Shown: positions 17,536 to 28,762, counted from the stretch's first letter. The stretch is 64,000 nt of DNA from Abditibacteriaceae bacterium (GCA_965277285.1 OZ255721.1:1472001-1536000); one strand, 5' to 3'. Notes: generated by a model from the sequence alone, not told the origin. Made by a program: numbers and translations.

Positions 17536-20500
17536 TTACGAATTGACCAGTTCGCGCAACGTGAGCAATTCGTCGCGCAGTTGGGCGGCGCGCTCGAAGT
17601 CCAGGGCGGCGGCGGCTGCTTTCATTTCGGTTTCGAGTTCTTCCAGCATCGCGGGCAATTCTTCGGGTTTCGGCTTGCCTTTCATCACCGAAGACGGCTT
17701 CAGTTCGGCGCGCGCGTCCGCCATCATTTCTGAAATCAGATCGTTGCGAATCGCTTTCTGAATGCCTTGCGGCGTGATGCCGTTGCGCTCGTTGAAGTCC
17801 AATTGAATGGCGCGGCGGCGATTGGTTTCGTCAATGGCGCGCTGCATCGAACCGGTGATTCTGTCGGCATACATAATCACCTGGCCTTCGACGTGGCGCG
17901 CCGCGCGCCCGATAGTTTGAATCAAAGATGTATCCGAGCGCAGGAAACCTTCTTTGTCGGCGTCCAAAATGGCGACGAGCGAGACTTCCGGCAAATCCAA
18001 ACCTTCGCGCAACAAGTTGATGCCAACGATGACATCGTATTTCCCCTGCCGCAATTCGCGCAAAATCTGGCTGCGTTCCAACGTTACAACGTCGCTGTGC
18101 AGATAATTAACTTTGACGTTGATTTCCTTGAGGTAATCGGTCAAGTCTTCGGCCATGCGCTTGGTCAAAGTTGTCACGAGTACTCGTTGTTTACGCGCGG
18201 TGCGTTCGCGGATTTCTCCCAGCAAATCGTCAATTTGGCCACGTGTCGGGCGAATCGAGATTTCGGGATCAATCAAACCCGTCGGGCGAATAATCTGTTC
18301 GACGATTTGGCCAGTCACGTCTTCGGGAATCCACTGGCGCGTCGTGGCAACTTTCTTCTTGGCGGCTTTGCGTCCGTTTTTCTTTGGTTCGACAACTTCG
18401 GTTGCAGCTTCCGGTTCGATTTCGACTTCGGTAATTTCCTGGCGATAACCGATGTGCTCCATTTCATACGGGCCAGGCGTGGCGGAAACGTAAATCGTCT
18501 GGCCGCGACGCTCTTCAAATTCCTCGAACTTCAAAGGCCGATTATCGAAGGCAGCCGGAAGCCTGAAACCGTAGTCAATGAGGACTTCTTTGCGCGCGCG
18601 GTCGCCGTTATACATACCGCGAATTTGCGGCATCGTCTGATGGCTTTCATCGACCACAAGCAAGTAATCTTTGGGGAAATAATCGAGCAGCGTAAAGGGC
18701 GGCGCGCCTGGAACGCGTCCATCGAGATAGCGGCTGTAGTTTTCGATGCCGTTGCAATAACCGACTTCGCGCATCATTTCCAGATCGTAGCGCACGCGTT
18801 GCTTCAAGCGTTGCGCTTCCAGCAGTTTGCCGACGCTTTCAAAATAAGCGACTTGTTCGTTCAAGTCGGCTTCGATTTGCACCAGCGCGCCCGCCATGCG
18901 ATCTTCGGACGCGATAAAGTGCGTGGCCGGAAAAATCGTGGCGCGCTCGATTTCTTTGACCACTTCGCCCGTCAAAGTATTGATTTGTTGAATGCTTTCG
19001 ATTTCGTCGCCGAAAGTGTCGATGCGTGTCACCAGTTCGGCGTCGCGCGGATGTATTTCGAGAACGTCGCCGCGCACGCGAAACGTGCCGCGAATCAGGT
19101 TGATGTCGTTGCGCGCAAACTGCATCATTACCAGTTTTTCCAGAATGCCGCGCCGGTCGATGGTTTGTCCGACAGCTAATTCCAGCACGTTTTCCTGATA
19201 TAAATCGGGCGTTCCCAGACCGTAGATGCAACTCACGCTCGATACGATAATCACATCGCGGCGACTGGAAACAGATTGAGTACTCGCATGGCGCAAGCGG
19301 TCGATTTCTTCGTTGCGACTCGATTCTTTTTCGATGTACGTATCGGTGTGCGGCATATACGCTTCGGGCTGATAATAATCGTAGTAAGACACGAAGTATT
19401 CCACCGCGTTTTTGGGGAAGAACTCGCGGATTTCCTGGCAAAGTTGCGCCGCGAGGGTTTTGTTGTGCGCGATAATCAAGGCCGGACGCTGCAAACGCGC
19501 GATGACTTGAGACGCCGTGTAAGTGTTGTGAACGAAAAGCCCGCCGCTTCCTGTGAGAAATGTTTCGTAGCCGTCCACGCTGAAATCGTAAACGCACGGT
19601 GTTTTTGGTGCGACTTCTGCGATGCTTTCGAGCGGCGACCAATGAACCTTGGACAATCCGCAAAACGCCGCATCTTCGATTTTCAAAACATGGCACAAAC
19701 GTTGGAACAGCGCGCGCGATGGTTGCCTTTTGCCATTCTCAATGGCACCGATAGCGGAACGTGAGCAACCGCATTTTTGTGCGATTTCGCGCTGCAAAAT
19801 CCCTTGTTTCAAACGTTCTTCGCAGAGATGAGCGCCAACACCTGTCACCACATCGACATTGGTATTTGACGAACGCGTGGCGTCGTGCAAAGCATCGTTT
19901 TTTCGGTCGCTCGCAAAGCCAATTCGCGTTTGGAAACGCTGCAAATTTTCCGCGCCCGAAATCGTGATCTTGTGATACGTGCCGATTTCACCGTTTGACT
20001 TGCGTTTGCCAACCTCACGCATTCGTGCCCAGATACCGAAACGCAACAAGGCTTCAGTGACATCGGCGGCCAATCTAGTACTCGAAGTCACCGCTGTGAC
20101 CGCACTGCCATCAACGCCGCCGTCGCCTTCAAAATAGCCGCGCAACAACGACGACAAAACGTCGTTCGACAATGAAACCCACTGCGCGGGCATTTGCTTG
20201 CGGGCTGCACCCGAACCCATCAGGTTGCGCAGCATTTGGCTCCAGGATTTGGACGAAACGACGAAATCGCCGTCCACGCGCCGGAAATAAGGAACATTGA
20301 GCGCATCGAAACAACGCTGCAATTCGTTTTGCACTTGAGTCTCGCGCACCGAAAACAAAGCGCAGCGCTCAGCGGCGTGACCTTCAGCCAGATATTGTCC
20401 CCAGATGAAACCGACATCAGAAGTCAACGACAAAACCGCTGGCCAGCGGCGTTGTGGCGACGCTAAAGAAAGTTCCCTGACGCTCACCATTTGGTGTTCG

Positions 20501-21237
20501 CACAAAGCCTGAGCCGCCGCGACATGAAAGCCTTCGCGCTGATTCCTGACGTGACTCCATTTATCATGCACACAAGGATAAAACGGGCGCAGCACATCTT
20601 TCCATGAGCGAATATCTTCTTTGCCCAGCGACATCATCTTTTCCGGTTCAAGCACAACGGTTTGCCGCGATGCTTCCCCTAAAATGGAAAGCCAATTCAG
20701 CGAAGTCAAAGGTTGCACAGGTTCCGGCAGTTGCAGAGGAACAGGCATCGCGTCACCTTGCCGAACTTCGTTGCCGCGCAACAATTGCAGGCGACCTTGG
20801 CGCAGAACCCAGACACTGTGGTCGCCAGTCACTGTGACTTCGCGTCCGCAATTGGTGCGCAAACGGAACAACGTCGAAGGGCTTGCGTGACGGCTCAAAG
20901 CCGTGATGCGGCGCCATGCAACGTTCCCGGTTGTGTTATCCCACGCCAGAACGCGCCACGCAGCGGGCGGTGGCATTTCGTCCGATTCGCTTTCTTGCGC
21001 CGAGCCAAAAGCCTTATCCAGCAAAGCACCGATGGCACCTCGATAAAATTCCCCTTTTGACAATTCAACCGTTACGGGTTCATACCATGCGACGCTTTTC
21101 CCGGTGCCCGTTGCACCCAAAAGAACCTGATGCGCCAGTCCGTCGCGGGCGCCTTCACACAATTTGTCAATCGCCTGCGGCTGGTCTCCGGCGGGCGGAA
21201 ACGGCGCGTGAAGCTTGAATTCGCCTGTCTTTTTCAT
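17536..21237 (-). CDS. uvrB: Excinuclease ABC subunit B, intein-containing
   Basis: [15 protein letters not shown]|intein|[42 protein letters not shown]-terminal UVR domain. Confidence 0.95.
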   Translation of the reverse strand: MKKTGEFKLHAPFPPAGDQPQAIDKLCEGARDGLAHQVLLGATGTGKSVAWYEPVTVELSKGEFYRGAIGALLDKAFGSAQESESDEMPPPAAWRVLAWDNTTGNVAWRRITALSRHASPSTLFRLRTNCGREVTVTGDHSVWVLRQGRLQLLRGNEVRQGDAMPVPLQLPEPVQPLTSLNWLSILGEASRQTVVLEPEKMMSLGKEDIRSWKDVLRPFYPCVHDKWSHVRNQREGFHVAAAQALCEHQMVSVRELSLASPQRRWPAVLSLTSDVGFIWGQYLAEGHAAERCALFSVRETQVQNELQRCFDALNVPYFRRVDGDFVVSSKSWSQMLRNLMGSGAARKQMPAQWVSLSNDVLSSLLRGYFEGDGGVDGSAVTAVTSSTRLAADVTEALLRFGIWARMREVGKRKSNGEIGTYHKITISGAENLQRFQTRIGFASDRKNDALHDATRSSNTNVDVVTGVGAHLCEERLKQGILQREIAQKCGCSRSAIGAIENGKRQPSRALFQRLCHVLKIEDAAFCGLSKVHWSPLESIAEVAPKTPCVYDFSVDGYETFLTGSGGLFVHNTYTASQVIARLQRPALIIAHNKTLAAQLCQEIREFFPKNAVEYFVSYYDYYQPEAYMPHTDTYIEKESSRNEEIDRLRHASTQSVSSRRDVIIVSSVSCIYGLGTPDLYQENVLELAVGQTIDRRGILEKLVMMQFARNDINLIRGTFRVRGDVLEIHPRDAELVTRIDTFGDEIESIQQINTLTGEVVKEIERATIFPATHFIASEDRMAGALVQIEADLNEQVAYFESVGKLLEAQRLKQRVRYDLEMMREVGYCNGIENYSRYLDGRVPGAPPFTLLDYFPKDYLLVVDESHQTMPQIRGMYNGDRARKEVLIDYGFRLPAAFDNRPLKFEEFEERRGQTIYVSATPGPYEMEHIGYRQEITEVEIEPEAATEVVEPKKNGRKAAKKKVATTRQWIPEDVTGQIVEQIIRPTGLIDPEISIRPTRGQIDDLLGEIRERTARKQRVLVTTLTKRMAEDLTDYLKEINVKVNYLHSDVVTLERSQILRELRQGKYDVIVGINLLREGLDLPEVSLVAILDADKEGFLRSDTSLIQTIGRAARHVEGQVIMYADRITGSMQRAIDETNRRRAIQLDFNERNGITPQGIQKAIRNDLISEMMADARAELKPSSVMKGKPKPEELPAMLEELETEMKAAAAALDFERAAQLRDELLTLRELVNS
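19525..21096 (-). mobile_element. Intein (524 aa) with LAGLIDADG endonuclease and XRE-type HTH
   Basis: Starts Ser (SVAWYEPV) after the P-loop Lys; block [18 protein letters not shown]-like WGQYLAEGH and LRGYFEGDG; ends VYDFSV...GLFVHN before extein Thr. Confidence 0.9.
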
Positions 21238-21268
21238 ACCTCAAGTTTACCGCAGCAAACGCTGGAAG

Positions 21269-21372
21269 AATGAACCGCCAAGACGCCAAGTTCGCCAAGT
21301 TCGCCAAGAAAAGAGATTCGAGTACTCGATTGAGTAACTTCTCTCACAATCTTGGTGTCTTGGTGGTTCATT
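21269..21372. repeat. AACCRCCAAG 9-mer-repeat hairpin element
   Basis: AATGAACCGCCAAGACGCCAAG(TTCGCCAAG)2 ... CTTGGTGTCTTGGTGGTTCATT, with the 12-bp palindrome in the loop. Confidence 0.6.
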
Positions 21373-21422
21373 AAAAAGCGGTGAGCGCCTTTGGTACAAT
21401 TCAGATTGGTTTTTCGTTTTCT

Positions 21423-22010
21423 ATGTCTACAGAACTTTCGACGCGCGACCAATTTGAAACTTTATTAACGCCGATTTTGCCAATGGCTTTCGGCCTCGCA
21501 TTGCGCCTGACCAACGGACGCGCCGATGCCGAAGACTTGCTGCAAGACGCCTCGTTGCGCGCCTTCAAAGCGTTCGCGCAATTTGAAAGCGGCACCAATT
21601 TCAAAGCCTGGTTCCTGCGCGTCCTGACCACAACGTTTCTCAACCTCAAGCGCAAGGAAGCGAACGCGCCGCAATTGGCGACGTTGGAAGAAGACGAAGA
21701 AATCGACGATCAATATATCTTCAAGCACGCGGCACAAAGCGGTTTGATGTCGCGCAAGACCGATCCCGCGCAATTGTTGATGCAACGTTTGGAAAGTCAG
21801 GAGATCGCGGACGCGCTGATGATGTTGCCAGCAGAATTTCGCATCGTCGCGTTGCTCAGCTTCATCGAACAATTGAGCTACGAAGAAATTGCAAGTATCG
21901 TCAATTGTCCGGTCGGAACGGTGCGCTCGCGTTTGCATCGCGCACGCAAAATACTGCAAAAATCGCTGTGGGATTTGGCGTTGGAAAAGGGAATTGTCAG
22001 AGAAAAATGA
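21423..22010 (+). CDS. ECF sigma-70 factor (SigH/SigR-like)
   Basis: ADAEDLLQD..LRAF...GTNFKAWF; LSYEEIA...PVGTVRSRLHRAR. Confidence 0.9.
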   Translation: MSTELSTRDQFETLLTPILPMAFGLALRLTNGRADAEDLLQDASLRAFKAFAQFESGTNFKAWFLRVLTTTFLNLKRKEANAPQLATLEEDEEIDDQYIFKHAAQSGLMSRKTDPAQLLMQRLESQEIADALMMLPAEFRIVALLSFIEQLSYEEIASIVNCPVGTVRSRLHRARKILQKSLWDLALEKGIVREK

Positions 22011-22354
22011 ACCACCAAGGCACACAATAAAGAATCGAGTACTCGAAAGCCACAGTTTCTCTTTCTAAACCTGCTCGTACGGCACCCCTCGCCCAAGGGT
22101 AACCATTCGCCCAAGGACACCTGAAGCTGGAACATGCGATGCACTCCAAGCATGGAGAGAATGATAGATCTGCGCCTATCTTTTCGAGATTGACCAACCC
22201 AAGCTCGAAACCGTATTTCTACTAATTGCGCCGCCCCCATTTCGAGAATGAAATAGTTGTGTTGCTGGGGCGCGATTTGAGGCGGGTTTGAAGAATCTTG
22301 CCGCAACTTCAATACTGGTAAAGATCGCTATACGCCCAAAAAAGGGTGCCTCGT

Positions 22355-25300
22355 TCAATTCTTAGCTTCAAAAACTTGCATTGCAGGAAGCATATTGCCC
22401 TTATGATCGAACAAAGCTCGATTTTCCCAGGTTCCTGACCAACCTGGCCCGCCCCACTGATCACCCTGAATCCATTCTGGCGCCCAATAAAATACACCTT
22501 TGCCATGCCCATCCGGTGTTGCAGCGACGGTGCGAATCAATTCGTTCAAGTAGGTCTTCTGGCCTTCGGGCGTGATCGGATAAGGCAAAGTGCCTTTATC
22601 ACCGCCCCAGGTGTCGTAACTGGTTTCCGCGATGTAAATATCTTTTTTGTAGGTGCGCGCCAGCGACGCCAGATTCGCTGTGAGATCGGCGAAACTGCCA
22701 TGCCAGAACGGATAATAAGACAAGCCGATAACATCGAACGCGACACCGCGACGCTGCAAATTGTCGTAGAACCAGCGACCAATATCTTTGTTGCCACCCT
22801 GGGCATCGTGAATCATAATGATGGCTTTCGGGTCAATTTCTCGCACGGCGCGGATGCCCGCTTTGAGCAGATCGGCAAACGCATCCCACCTGGCATCACT
22901 GTTGAGCGGCCCGCCATCAGGCCACATCATGCCGTTGCTGACTTCGTTGCCCACAGAAACGATTTCGGGCGCGCAGCCTTCGCGCTTGAAAGCGGCCAGC
23001 GTGTCGCGCGTGTAGGTGTAAACGCGTTTCACGAGTTGCGCATGAGACAGGTTTTTCCAGGCGGCTGGAGTGATTTGATGCCCGGGATCGGCCCAGTCAT
23101 CGGAATAGTGGTAATCGAGGTAAAACTTGAGTCTCGCCGCTTTAACGCGCCTGGCTAATTTCAAGGTGTAAGGCAATGTATTGACCTGACCTTCTTTGCC
23201 GTTGGGATTGACGAAAAGGCGCAGCCGGACATATTCGCAGCCATGATCTTTGAAGATCATCAAAGGGTCTTTAACTTGTCCAGCTTCTTTGTATTGAACG
23301 CCGTGGTCTTGAATGGTTTGCAAGAGCGACAGATCGGCTCCCATCACGAAGCGCGAAATTTTATTTTCTTGAACCACGGATTGTCGCTCCACCGCCGTCT
23401 GAGGTGTGGCACTGATAATTCCAACGTCGATACCTTGTCCGCCAAGGGTTTGGTGAACGTGAACGGCGAGCGTATTTTGTCCTGGCTTAAGCGCCGTACG
23501 TCCTGACGCGTTCATTGGAACCGAATCGTAGTTGTTATTGAAGCCGGGCAGAGTGGCCGCGAGTACTCCATTGAGGTAAATTTCGGCGTCTTCGTCGTGC
23601 AAAACGGAAAACGATAACTCCGTCGGGATATTGTTGGGCAGCGTGAAGCGGCGCCGCATCCAAATATCGGAAGTCTGCCAATCGGTGCGAACGCCGTCCA
23701 TCTCGTGGCCAAAGGGCGCGGCGCCGCTTTGCCACGATGAAGTATCAAAGTCCGATTTCTCCCAGCCATCAGCGGGCTTTTGAGTCGTATAAAGCCACAT
23801 CTGCGGCGCGTCTTGAGAGGTCGGCACCAAGTCCTGGTTGACGGGACGCGGCGGCAAAGCCAGAAACTTTCCGCCGTTAGCCGCCTTTATAAAGTTCGGC
23901 AGAGGCTTCATGACCGCCCTATCGTAGGTCAACATGCCGTTGGTTTCTTCCTCGACATCGGAGATCTGTGTATAAACAACGGCGCTCGCGCCTTGTATAT
24001 CGCGTAAATTATAAGCAATTTTGAGCAACTGCTGATAACGCTCGGTCAAATGCCATCCGTCGTGGATGATGGTGCCATAACCGAAGTTGGCCGCGCTCCA
24101 AACATGGTCTGGAACGCGCATACTGATGCCGCCAAACTCGCCGCATACCAGCGCCCGCGTTGCGTCGGGTTTGTCCACCGAAGGTTCGGGGTAAGTATGG
24201 GTATCGTTGACATCGCCAACACCAGGCGGCGTCGGGAGGCGGAACTGGCTCATCTTGCCATCAACAACCTGGTTATAGCCGCCACTGGCTGCATTGATCA
24301 GGCGCGTCGGGTCAAGGCGCCTGGTCAACAAAGCGAGTTGTTCCGTATCATGCTGACCCCAGCCTTCGTTGAACAATGTCCACACGACAATGCTCGGGTG
24401 GTTATAAAACTCAGCAATTTCGCGCTTCCACTCAATCAGCCATTGCGCCTTGGCCGCGTCGGAAAGCCCGTAGCTTTGGCCGTCGATGGAAGCGCCGAAC
24501 ATCTGCGGCATATCTTGCCAGACCAGCATTCCCAACTTATCGCAGTGATAATACCAGCGGTCGGGTTCGACTTTGGCATGTTTGCGCAGCAGGTTAAAAC
24601 CTAATGTCTTGGCCGTTTCGATGTCAGAGCGCAACGCTTGGTCAGTCGGCGCGGTGAAGATGCCGTCCGGCCAATAACCCTGATCAAGAGCGCCGACCTG
24701 GAACACGAATTTGTTATTGAGGAAGATTCGAGTGCGTCCCTGCGCATCTTTGCCCAACGAAATCTTTCGCATCGCAAAGTAAGAATCCACGCTATCGGCG
24801 CGCGGGCCTTTGCCAAGCGTGACCTTTAAGTCATAAAGAAAGGGCGCGTCCGGCGACCACAATTTCGCGTTTGACAACGGGATGACAAGTTCGGCGTTGG
24901 CAATTCCAGTACTCGATGCCACGCTTTTCCCGTTAGTCATCACCGACACTTTAACCAATGTATAAATTGAAGCGTTGCCCTTTGATAGCACCGTCAAGTG
25001 CAACTGCGAGGCATCTACGTCGGGCGTGATTTTCAAGCTGTCAATGTGCGCGATGGGCACCGGCTCCAGCCACACGGTTTGCCAGATTCCAGTCGCTGCC
25101 GTATATAAAACTCCGCCGGAACGAAGTCGCTGCTTGCCAATGGCCTGCGAGTTTTCATTATCCACGGAAAGTGCGTTGGCCGTGGCGACCACCAATTCGT
25201 TCGTTCCCTCGCGCAAAACCGATGTAATATCGAAAGAAAAGCCATCGAAGCCGCCATAATGCGAGCCAACAATTTTGCCGTTGACCATAACTGCCGCATC

Positions 25301-25732
25301 ATGGTTGACCGCACCAAAGTGCAGCAATACTTTCTGACCTTTCCAGGCAAGAGGAACCGCAAACTTGCGGCGGTACCACAGTTTTTGATCGGGAATACTC
25401 GGTTTTCCGACGCCGGAAAGAGCCGACTCGTAGGGATAAGGCACCAAAATTTGGCTGTTAAAAACAGTGGGCGCAGTGTCTGCACCACGCACCGTCAACG
25501 CATAGTCCCAAAGACCATTGAGGTTTTGCCAATCCCTGCGCTGCATTTGTGGTCGCGGATACTCGGGCAGAACATTTTCGGGAGAAACATCTTTAGCAAA
25601 ACGGCTCATCAAGCGACCGCTCGCAGGCTGCCGAGCTTCTTGGGCCTGAAGAAATGTTAGCGGGAGCGCCAGCCCAATCGCGAGCATTGCACAGGTCAAC
25701 AGAAATGGGTATCTCAAGGGTTTGTTCTTCAT
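22355..25732 (-). CDS. Secreted GH2 (beta-galactosidase-like) plus GH53 (endo-1,4-beta-galactanase-like) fusion
   Basis: GH2: PEYPRPQM, NLNGLWDY, LDQGYWPDG, WTLFNEGWG, CGEFGG. GH53: MGADLS, YVRLRLFVNP, DYHYSDDWADPG, SVGNE, GLSYYPFWHG, IAET, FYWAP. Confidence 0.85.
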   Translation of the reverse strand: MKNKPLRYPFLLTCAMLAIGLALPLTFLQAQEARQPASGRLMSRFAKDVSPENVLPEYPRPQMQRRDWQNLNGLWDYALTVRGADTAPTVFNSQILVPYPYESALSGVGKPSIPDQKLWYRRKFAVPLAWKGQKVLLHFGAVNHDAAVMVNGKIVGSHYGGFDGFSFDITSVLREGTNELVVATANALSVDNENSQAIGKQRLRSGGVLYTAATGIWQTVWLEPVPIAHIDSLKITPDVDASQLHLTVLSKGNASIYTLVKVSVMTNGKSVASSTGIANAELVIPLSNAKLWSPDAPFLYDLKVTLGKGPRADSVDSYFAMRKISLGKDAQGRTRIFLNNKFVFQVGALDQGYWPDGIFTAPTDQALRSDIETAKTLGFNLLRKHAKVEPDRWYYHCDKLGMLVWQDMPQMFGASIDGQSYGLSDAAKAQWLIEWKREIAEFYNHPSIVVWTLFNEGWGQHDTEQLALLTRRLDPTRLINAASGGYNQVVDGKMSQFRLPTPPGVGDVNDTHTYPEPSVDKPDATRALVCGEFGGISMRVPDHVWSAANFGYGTIIHDGWHLTERYQQLLKIAYNLRDIQGASAVVYTQISDVEEETNGMLTYDRAVMKPLPNFIKAANGGKFLALPPRPVNQDLVPTSQDAPQMWLYTTQKPADGWEKSDFDTSSWQSGAAPFGHEMDGVRTDWQTSDIWMRRRFTLPNNIPTELSFSVLHDEDAEIYLNGVLAATLPGFNNNYDSVPMNASGRTALKPGQNTLAVHVHQTLGGQGIDVGIISATPQTAVERQSVVQENKISRFVMGADLSLLQTIQDHGVQYKEAGQVKDPLMIFKDHGCEYVRLRLFVNPNGKEGQVNTLPYTLKLARRVKAARLKFYLDYHYSDDWADPGHQITPAAWKNLSHAQLVKRVYTYTRDTLAAFKREGCAPEIVSVGNEVSNGMMWPDGGPLNSDARWDAFADLLKAGIRAVREIDPKAIIMIHDAQGGNKDIGRWFYDNLQRRGVAFDVIGLSYYPFWHGSFADLTANLASLARTYKKDIYIAETSYDTWGGDKGTLPYPITPEGQKTYLNELIRTVAATPDGHGKGVFYWAPEWIQGDQWGGPGWSGTWENRALFDHKGNMLPAMQVFEAKN

Positions 25733-25870
25733 CAATTTGCTGTCCTTATGGCCGTCTGGATGGCCGTCTGGGTTAATCGAGTACTCGAAACGATGTACTT
25801 TGCCTTTTTCGCCGTTTTCCGATTCTGAACTCGCTCACTGAAAGCTGCTTTTTCTTGCTTAGCTTCAATA

Positions 25871-25924
25871 GACTAACCGGTTTGTCATAGACTATAATTT
25901 AGCAGGGCGGCGTTCAGGCGACAA
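25871..25924 (-). promoter_or_regulatory. Putative sigma70 promoter and LacI-type operator for the GH2-GH53 gene
   Basis: Minus strand TTGTCG-17 bp-TAAATT, followed by the near-palindrome GACAAACCGGTTAGTC (25871-25886). Confidence 0.45.
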
Positions 25925-25992
25925 GATTGTGATGCAGCTTATTTTTCGACTTATAGCTAAGCGGTTGTTAAAATTCGGTAACAGGTATTGTT

Positions 25993-27039
25993 TTGACATC
26001 TTCTAAACTTCTTTCAGATTCCGCGACCAGTCTCAGTCCGCCCACGATGTCGGACATTGCCGCGCGCGTGGGCGTGAGCAAAGTCACTGTGTCGGCAGTG
26101 CTCAGCGCTTCGGCGGGCAACCACACGCGCGTCGCTCCGGCCACGCGGCAACGCATTCTTGATGCGGCGCGCGAGATGAACTACACACCAAACGGCCTGG
26201 CAAAGATGTTTCGCCAGAAGAGAACTGGAATTATCGGGCTTTACATGGGCGATTGGATTCTCAATACCCACGACATGTTTTTGGCCGAAATTGTCAGTGG
26301 CTTGCAGCTGGGGTGCGACGAACATCGCCGAGATTTGCTCATCCACGGCACGTTTCGCGGTCAGTCGACAGAAGATATTTATCTTGAACTGATCAGTCGC
26401 AAAATTGACGGCCTTGTCATGTTCGCACGCGAGGGAGACGCGCTCGCGCAACGCCTGGCATCCAGCTCGATGCCGGTTGTCGCTATCGCCGATGCTGTGC
26501 CTGCCCTTCCATCGGTCGTCGTAGACGATTGTCTGGGTTCGCGGCTTATCGTGGACTATTTATTTTCTAAAGGCCATCAGCGCATTCTTTATCGCAACGG
26601 ACGCTCTTTTCAAACCTCGGCAACGCGTCGCTATGAATCTTTCCTTGCGGCGGCGACCAAGTGCGGGATGACTGTGGTGGAAGACGCTAAACGCCAGGAG
26701 AACTTCGATTTTGCATTAAGCGAGGAAGAAAAGGCGATTCTGAACCAGCCTGCGAGTCAAAGGCCCACTGCTATTGTGTGCAACAACGACCTGCTGGCTT
26801 ACCGAACCGTTGATTATTGCCAGGACACGAAACGGAGTGTGCCAAGTAAATTTGCCATTGTGGGCTTTGATGGGATGGTGCCGCAAATCCGACCCGCAGC
26901 AAAATTAACGACGATCTGTGCGCCCTGGTCACAGGTCGCTCAAACGGCTCTCGCACTGATAGTCCGGTGTCTGGAAGGTGGAGCGCTCCCGGTCGAAACG
27001 GTGCTTCCTGTTGAACTTGTAATTGGAGAAACCGCGTGA
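25993..27039 (+). CDS. LacI family transcriptional regulator
   Basis: TMSDIAARVGVSKVTVSAVL...TRQRILDAAREMNYTPN; IVGFDG; LTTI. Confidence 0.9.
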   Translation: MTSSKLLSDSATSLSPPTMSDIAARVGVSKVTVSAVLSASAGNHTRVAPATRQRILDAAREMNYTPNGLAKMFRQKRTGIIGLYMGDWILNTHDMFLAEIVSGLQLGCDEHRRDLLIHGTFRGQSTEDIYLELISRKIDGLVMFAREGDALAQRLASSSMPVVAIADAVPALPSVVVDDCLGSRLIVDYLFSKGHQRILYRNGRSFQTSATRRYESFLAAATKCGMTVVEDAKRQENFDFALSEEEKAILNQPASQRPTAIVCNNDLLAYRTVDYCQDTKRSVPSKFAIVGFDGMVPQIRPAAKLTTICAPWSQVAQTALALIVRCLEGGALPVETVLPVELVIGETA

Positions 27040-27401
27040 CGAACGACAAAAGTAAGCCTCCAACAAAGCAATGCCGTCTTAACGGACTCTTGTTGCCGCT
27101 GGCGACAATTTTCGATGCCACAACTCATCGCAGAAGTGCTCACAAACTTTGCGACCACAGCGTAGACCACCGAGCCACACGAGTTGCAGTAAATGCTTCG
27201 GTTATGTGGTTTAACGGCATTGAATCTTTGTTCCAAGCGAACCAATCAAAACGAACTTTGGCAGCGTTTTGAGGCACAAAAGTCAGCGATGTAAGTGCTG
27301 AGAACCTGGTGTCAATGTCCATTAAAGTATGCACATTTTCTCAGTCCTTATAGAACGTTTGCCCCAAGCTGAAGAGCGAGGTAATTTCTTCATTTTTCAA
27401 G

Positions 27402-27941
27402 TTAGCTTTCTTGCGCGAGTGGACACGTCAGTGTAAATGCCGTACGAAATGGTGAGCAAAGCACTGCCGGATAGCTGTCATGTGCCGTCGAGAAAGTGAC
27501 AGAATCGTGTGTGCCGTCTTCAAAGCCTTCAATCCAGACCTCTCCGCCGTGCGCTTCGACAATTTTTTGCACGGACAACAAACCCAATCCCGTGCCTTCG
27601 ACATCCGCGTGGGTTTCGAGGCGCCCAAACGGCGCGAACAGGCGCGCGGCCTGCTCCCGCGTCAATCCCTGGTTTGTCTTCCCTTCGTCCATTACGGCGA
27701 GCCAGAGCACATCGTTGTGCGTCCGCCATGTGATGCGCACTTCACCATCCGAGTACTTGAGCGCGTTGCCGATCAGGTTCATCAGCACCGTCACCATCTT
27801 CATCTCGTCGGCGCAGATTGTGAAATCCTTGTCTTCGAGGGTGAGTGTATGACCGTGCGTGAAGCGTGGCTTCTGGAAGCTGGCGCCCGCTTCGACAACG
27901 GCGCGCACCGAAATGGGCTTGAGTTCGACCGGAACTGGTTG
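27402..27941 (-). pseudogene. 5'-truncated histidine kinase (HATPase_c only)
   Basis: NLIGNALKYS, DEG, GTGLGL, HGGEV boxes; no HisKA domain; frame closed by TAA at 28001. Confidence 0.7.
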
Positions 27942-28050
27942 TGGAATAGAGTCGAATAAGTGGACAATGGGATAAGCTTTTTCAGAGAATGAAGGAGGTT
28001 ATCCATGTCCCCGATTCGTAAACAATTCAGTGAAGAGTTCAAGCTGGAAC
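27942..28050 (+). mobile_element. IS3-family left-end remnant
   Basis: TG-starting IRL-like TGGAATAGAGTCGAATAAGTGGACA, then a GGAGG RBS and orfA-like MSPIRKQFSEEFKLE. Confidence 0.5.
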
Positions 28051-28538
28051 TCAATCGAACTGCGCGCCAAGAAAACCAAAGGCGCGTTGAGGAAATGTTA
28101 CAAACCATTGGCAGAGGAAACGCAACAGGGGCTTTGTGGCAAATGCTCAACGAACGAGCCACACACCTTCAAGTCGAAGGAGAACGCTTGAAGCGAGAGG
28201 AACGGCAACTGAGCGGAGAGATAGCGAATTTTGAAATAGACTTCGACGCCCAAACGTTCAAGACGACTTTGTGCGACTTCAAGAAACTGGCGTCGGTAGC
28301 CGAGCCGGAAGAGCTACAAAAGCTCATCCGCTTGGCGGTGCGGCGCATCGAGTGGATGCCCGAAGGCGTGCACCGCATACAGTTTTACTATCTGCCAAAA
28401 ACGAAAAAGCCCCTGTCAAACGGCGACAGGAGCGAGTTCGCAACTAATGTACGATCTGGCGGACCCGACCGGATTCGAACCGGCGATCTCTTCCGTGACA
28501 GGGAAGCATGTTGGGCCACTACACCACGGGTCCATTGA
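28051..28538 (+). pseudogene. C-terminal remnant of a large serine recombinase-like protein, reading antisense into tRNA-Asp
   Basis: Coiled-coil segment followed by EELQKLIRLAVRRIEW...IQFY; no catalytic domain. Confidence 0.5.
28457..28533 (-). tRNA. tRNA-Asp(GTC)
   Basis: GGACCCG acceptor stem, CTTCC-CT-GTC-AC-GGAAG anticodon arm, TTCGAAT T-loop, encoded CCA. Confidence 0.95.
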
Positions 28539-28624
28539 TGAAATTCTCAGTTTTGAGTTCTTAATTTTGAATTAGGAACCGCCATCATTGAGGATGGAGA
28601 ACTCAAGATTGAGAACTGTCTGGC

Positions 28625-28697
28625 TGCGCAAGGAGGGACTCGAACCCCCGGTAGCCTGCTTGTAAGGCAGGTGCTTTAGCCACTAAGCTACTCGCGC
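28625..28697 (-). tRNA. tRNA-Val(TAC)
   Basis: GCGCGAG/CTTGCGC acceptor, CCTGC-CT-TAC-AA-GCAGG; A73 is followed by GCCA, so CCA is not encoded in register. Confidence 0.9.
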
Positions 28698-28762
28698 GCT
28701 TACCATCCAAACGTTTTCAAGACAGTATTGAAGCGACAACGTTCAAGCGACAGCGGACATTA

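Noticed and set aside
25749..25771. GCCGTCTG twice, resembling the Neisseria uptake sequence
   Set aside because: It is a local 12-bp duplication, not the full GCCGTCTGAA, and it is not iterated
27036..27400. Short ORFs between lacI and the kinase fragment, and in 22020-22350
   Set aside because: No motifs or convincing RBS; they may be decayed DNA but cannot be identified
22030..28457. Intact genomic island bounded by a tRNA-Asp direct repeat
   Set aside because: No second copy of the tRNA 3' end was found by eye, so the left boundary is unsupported
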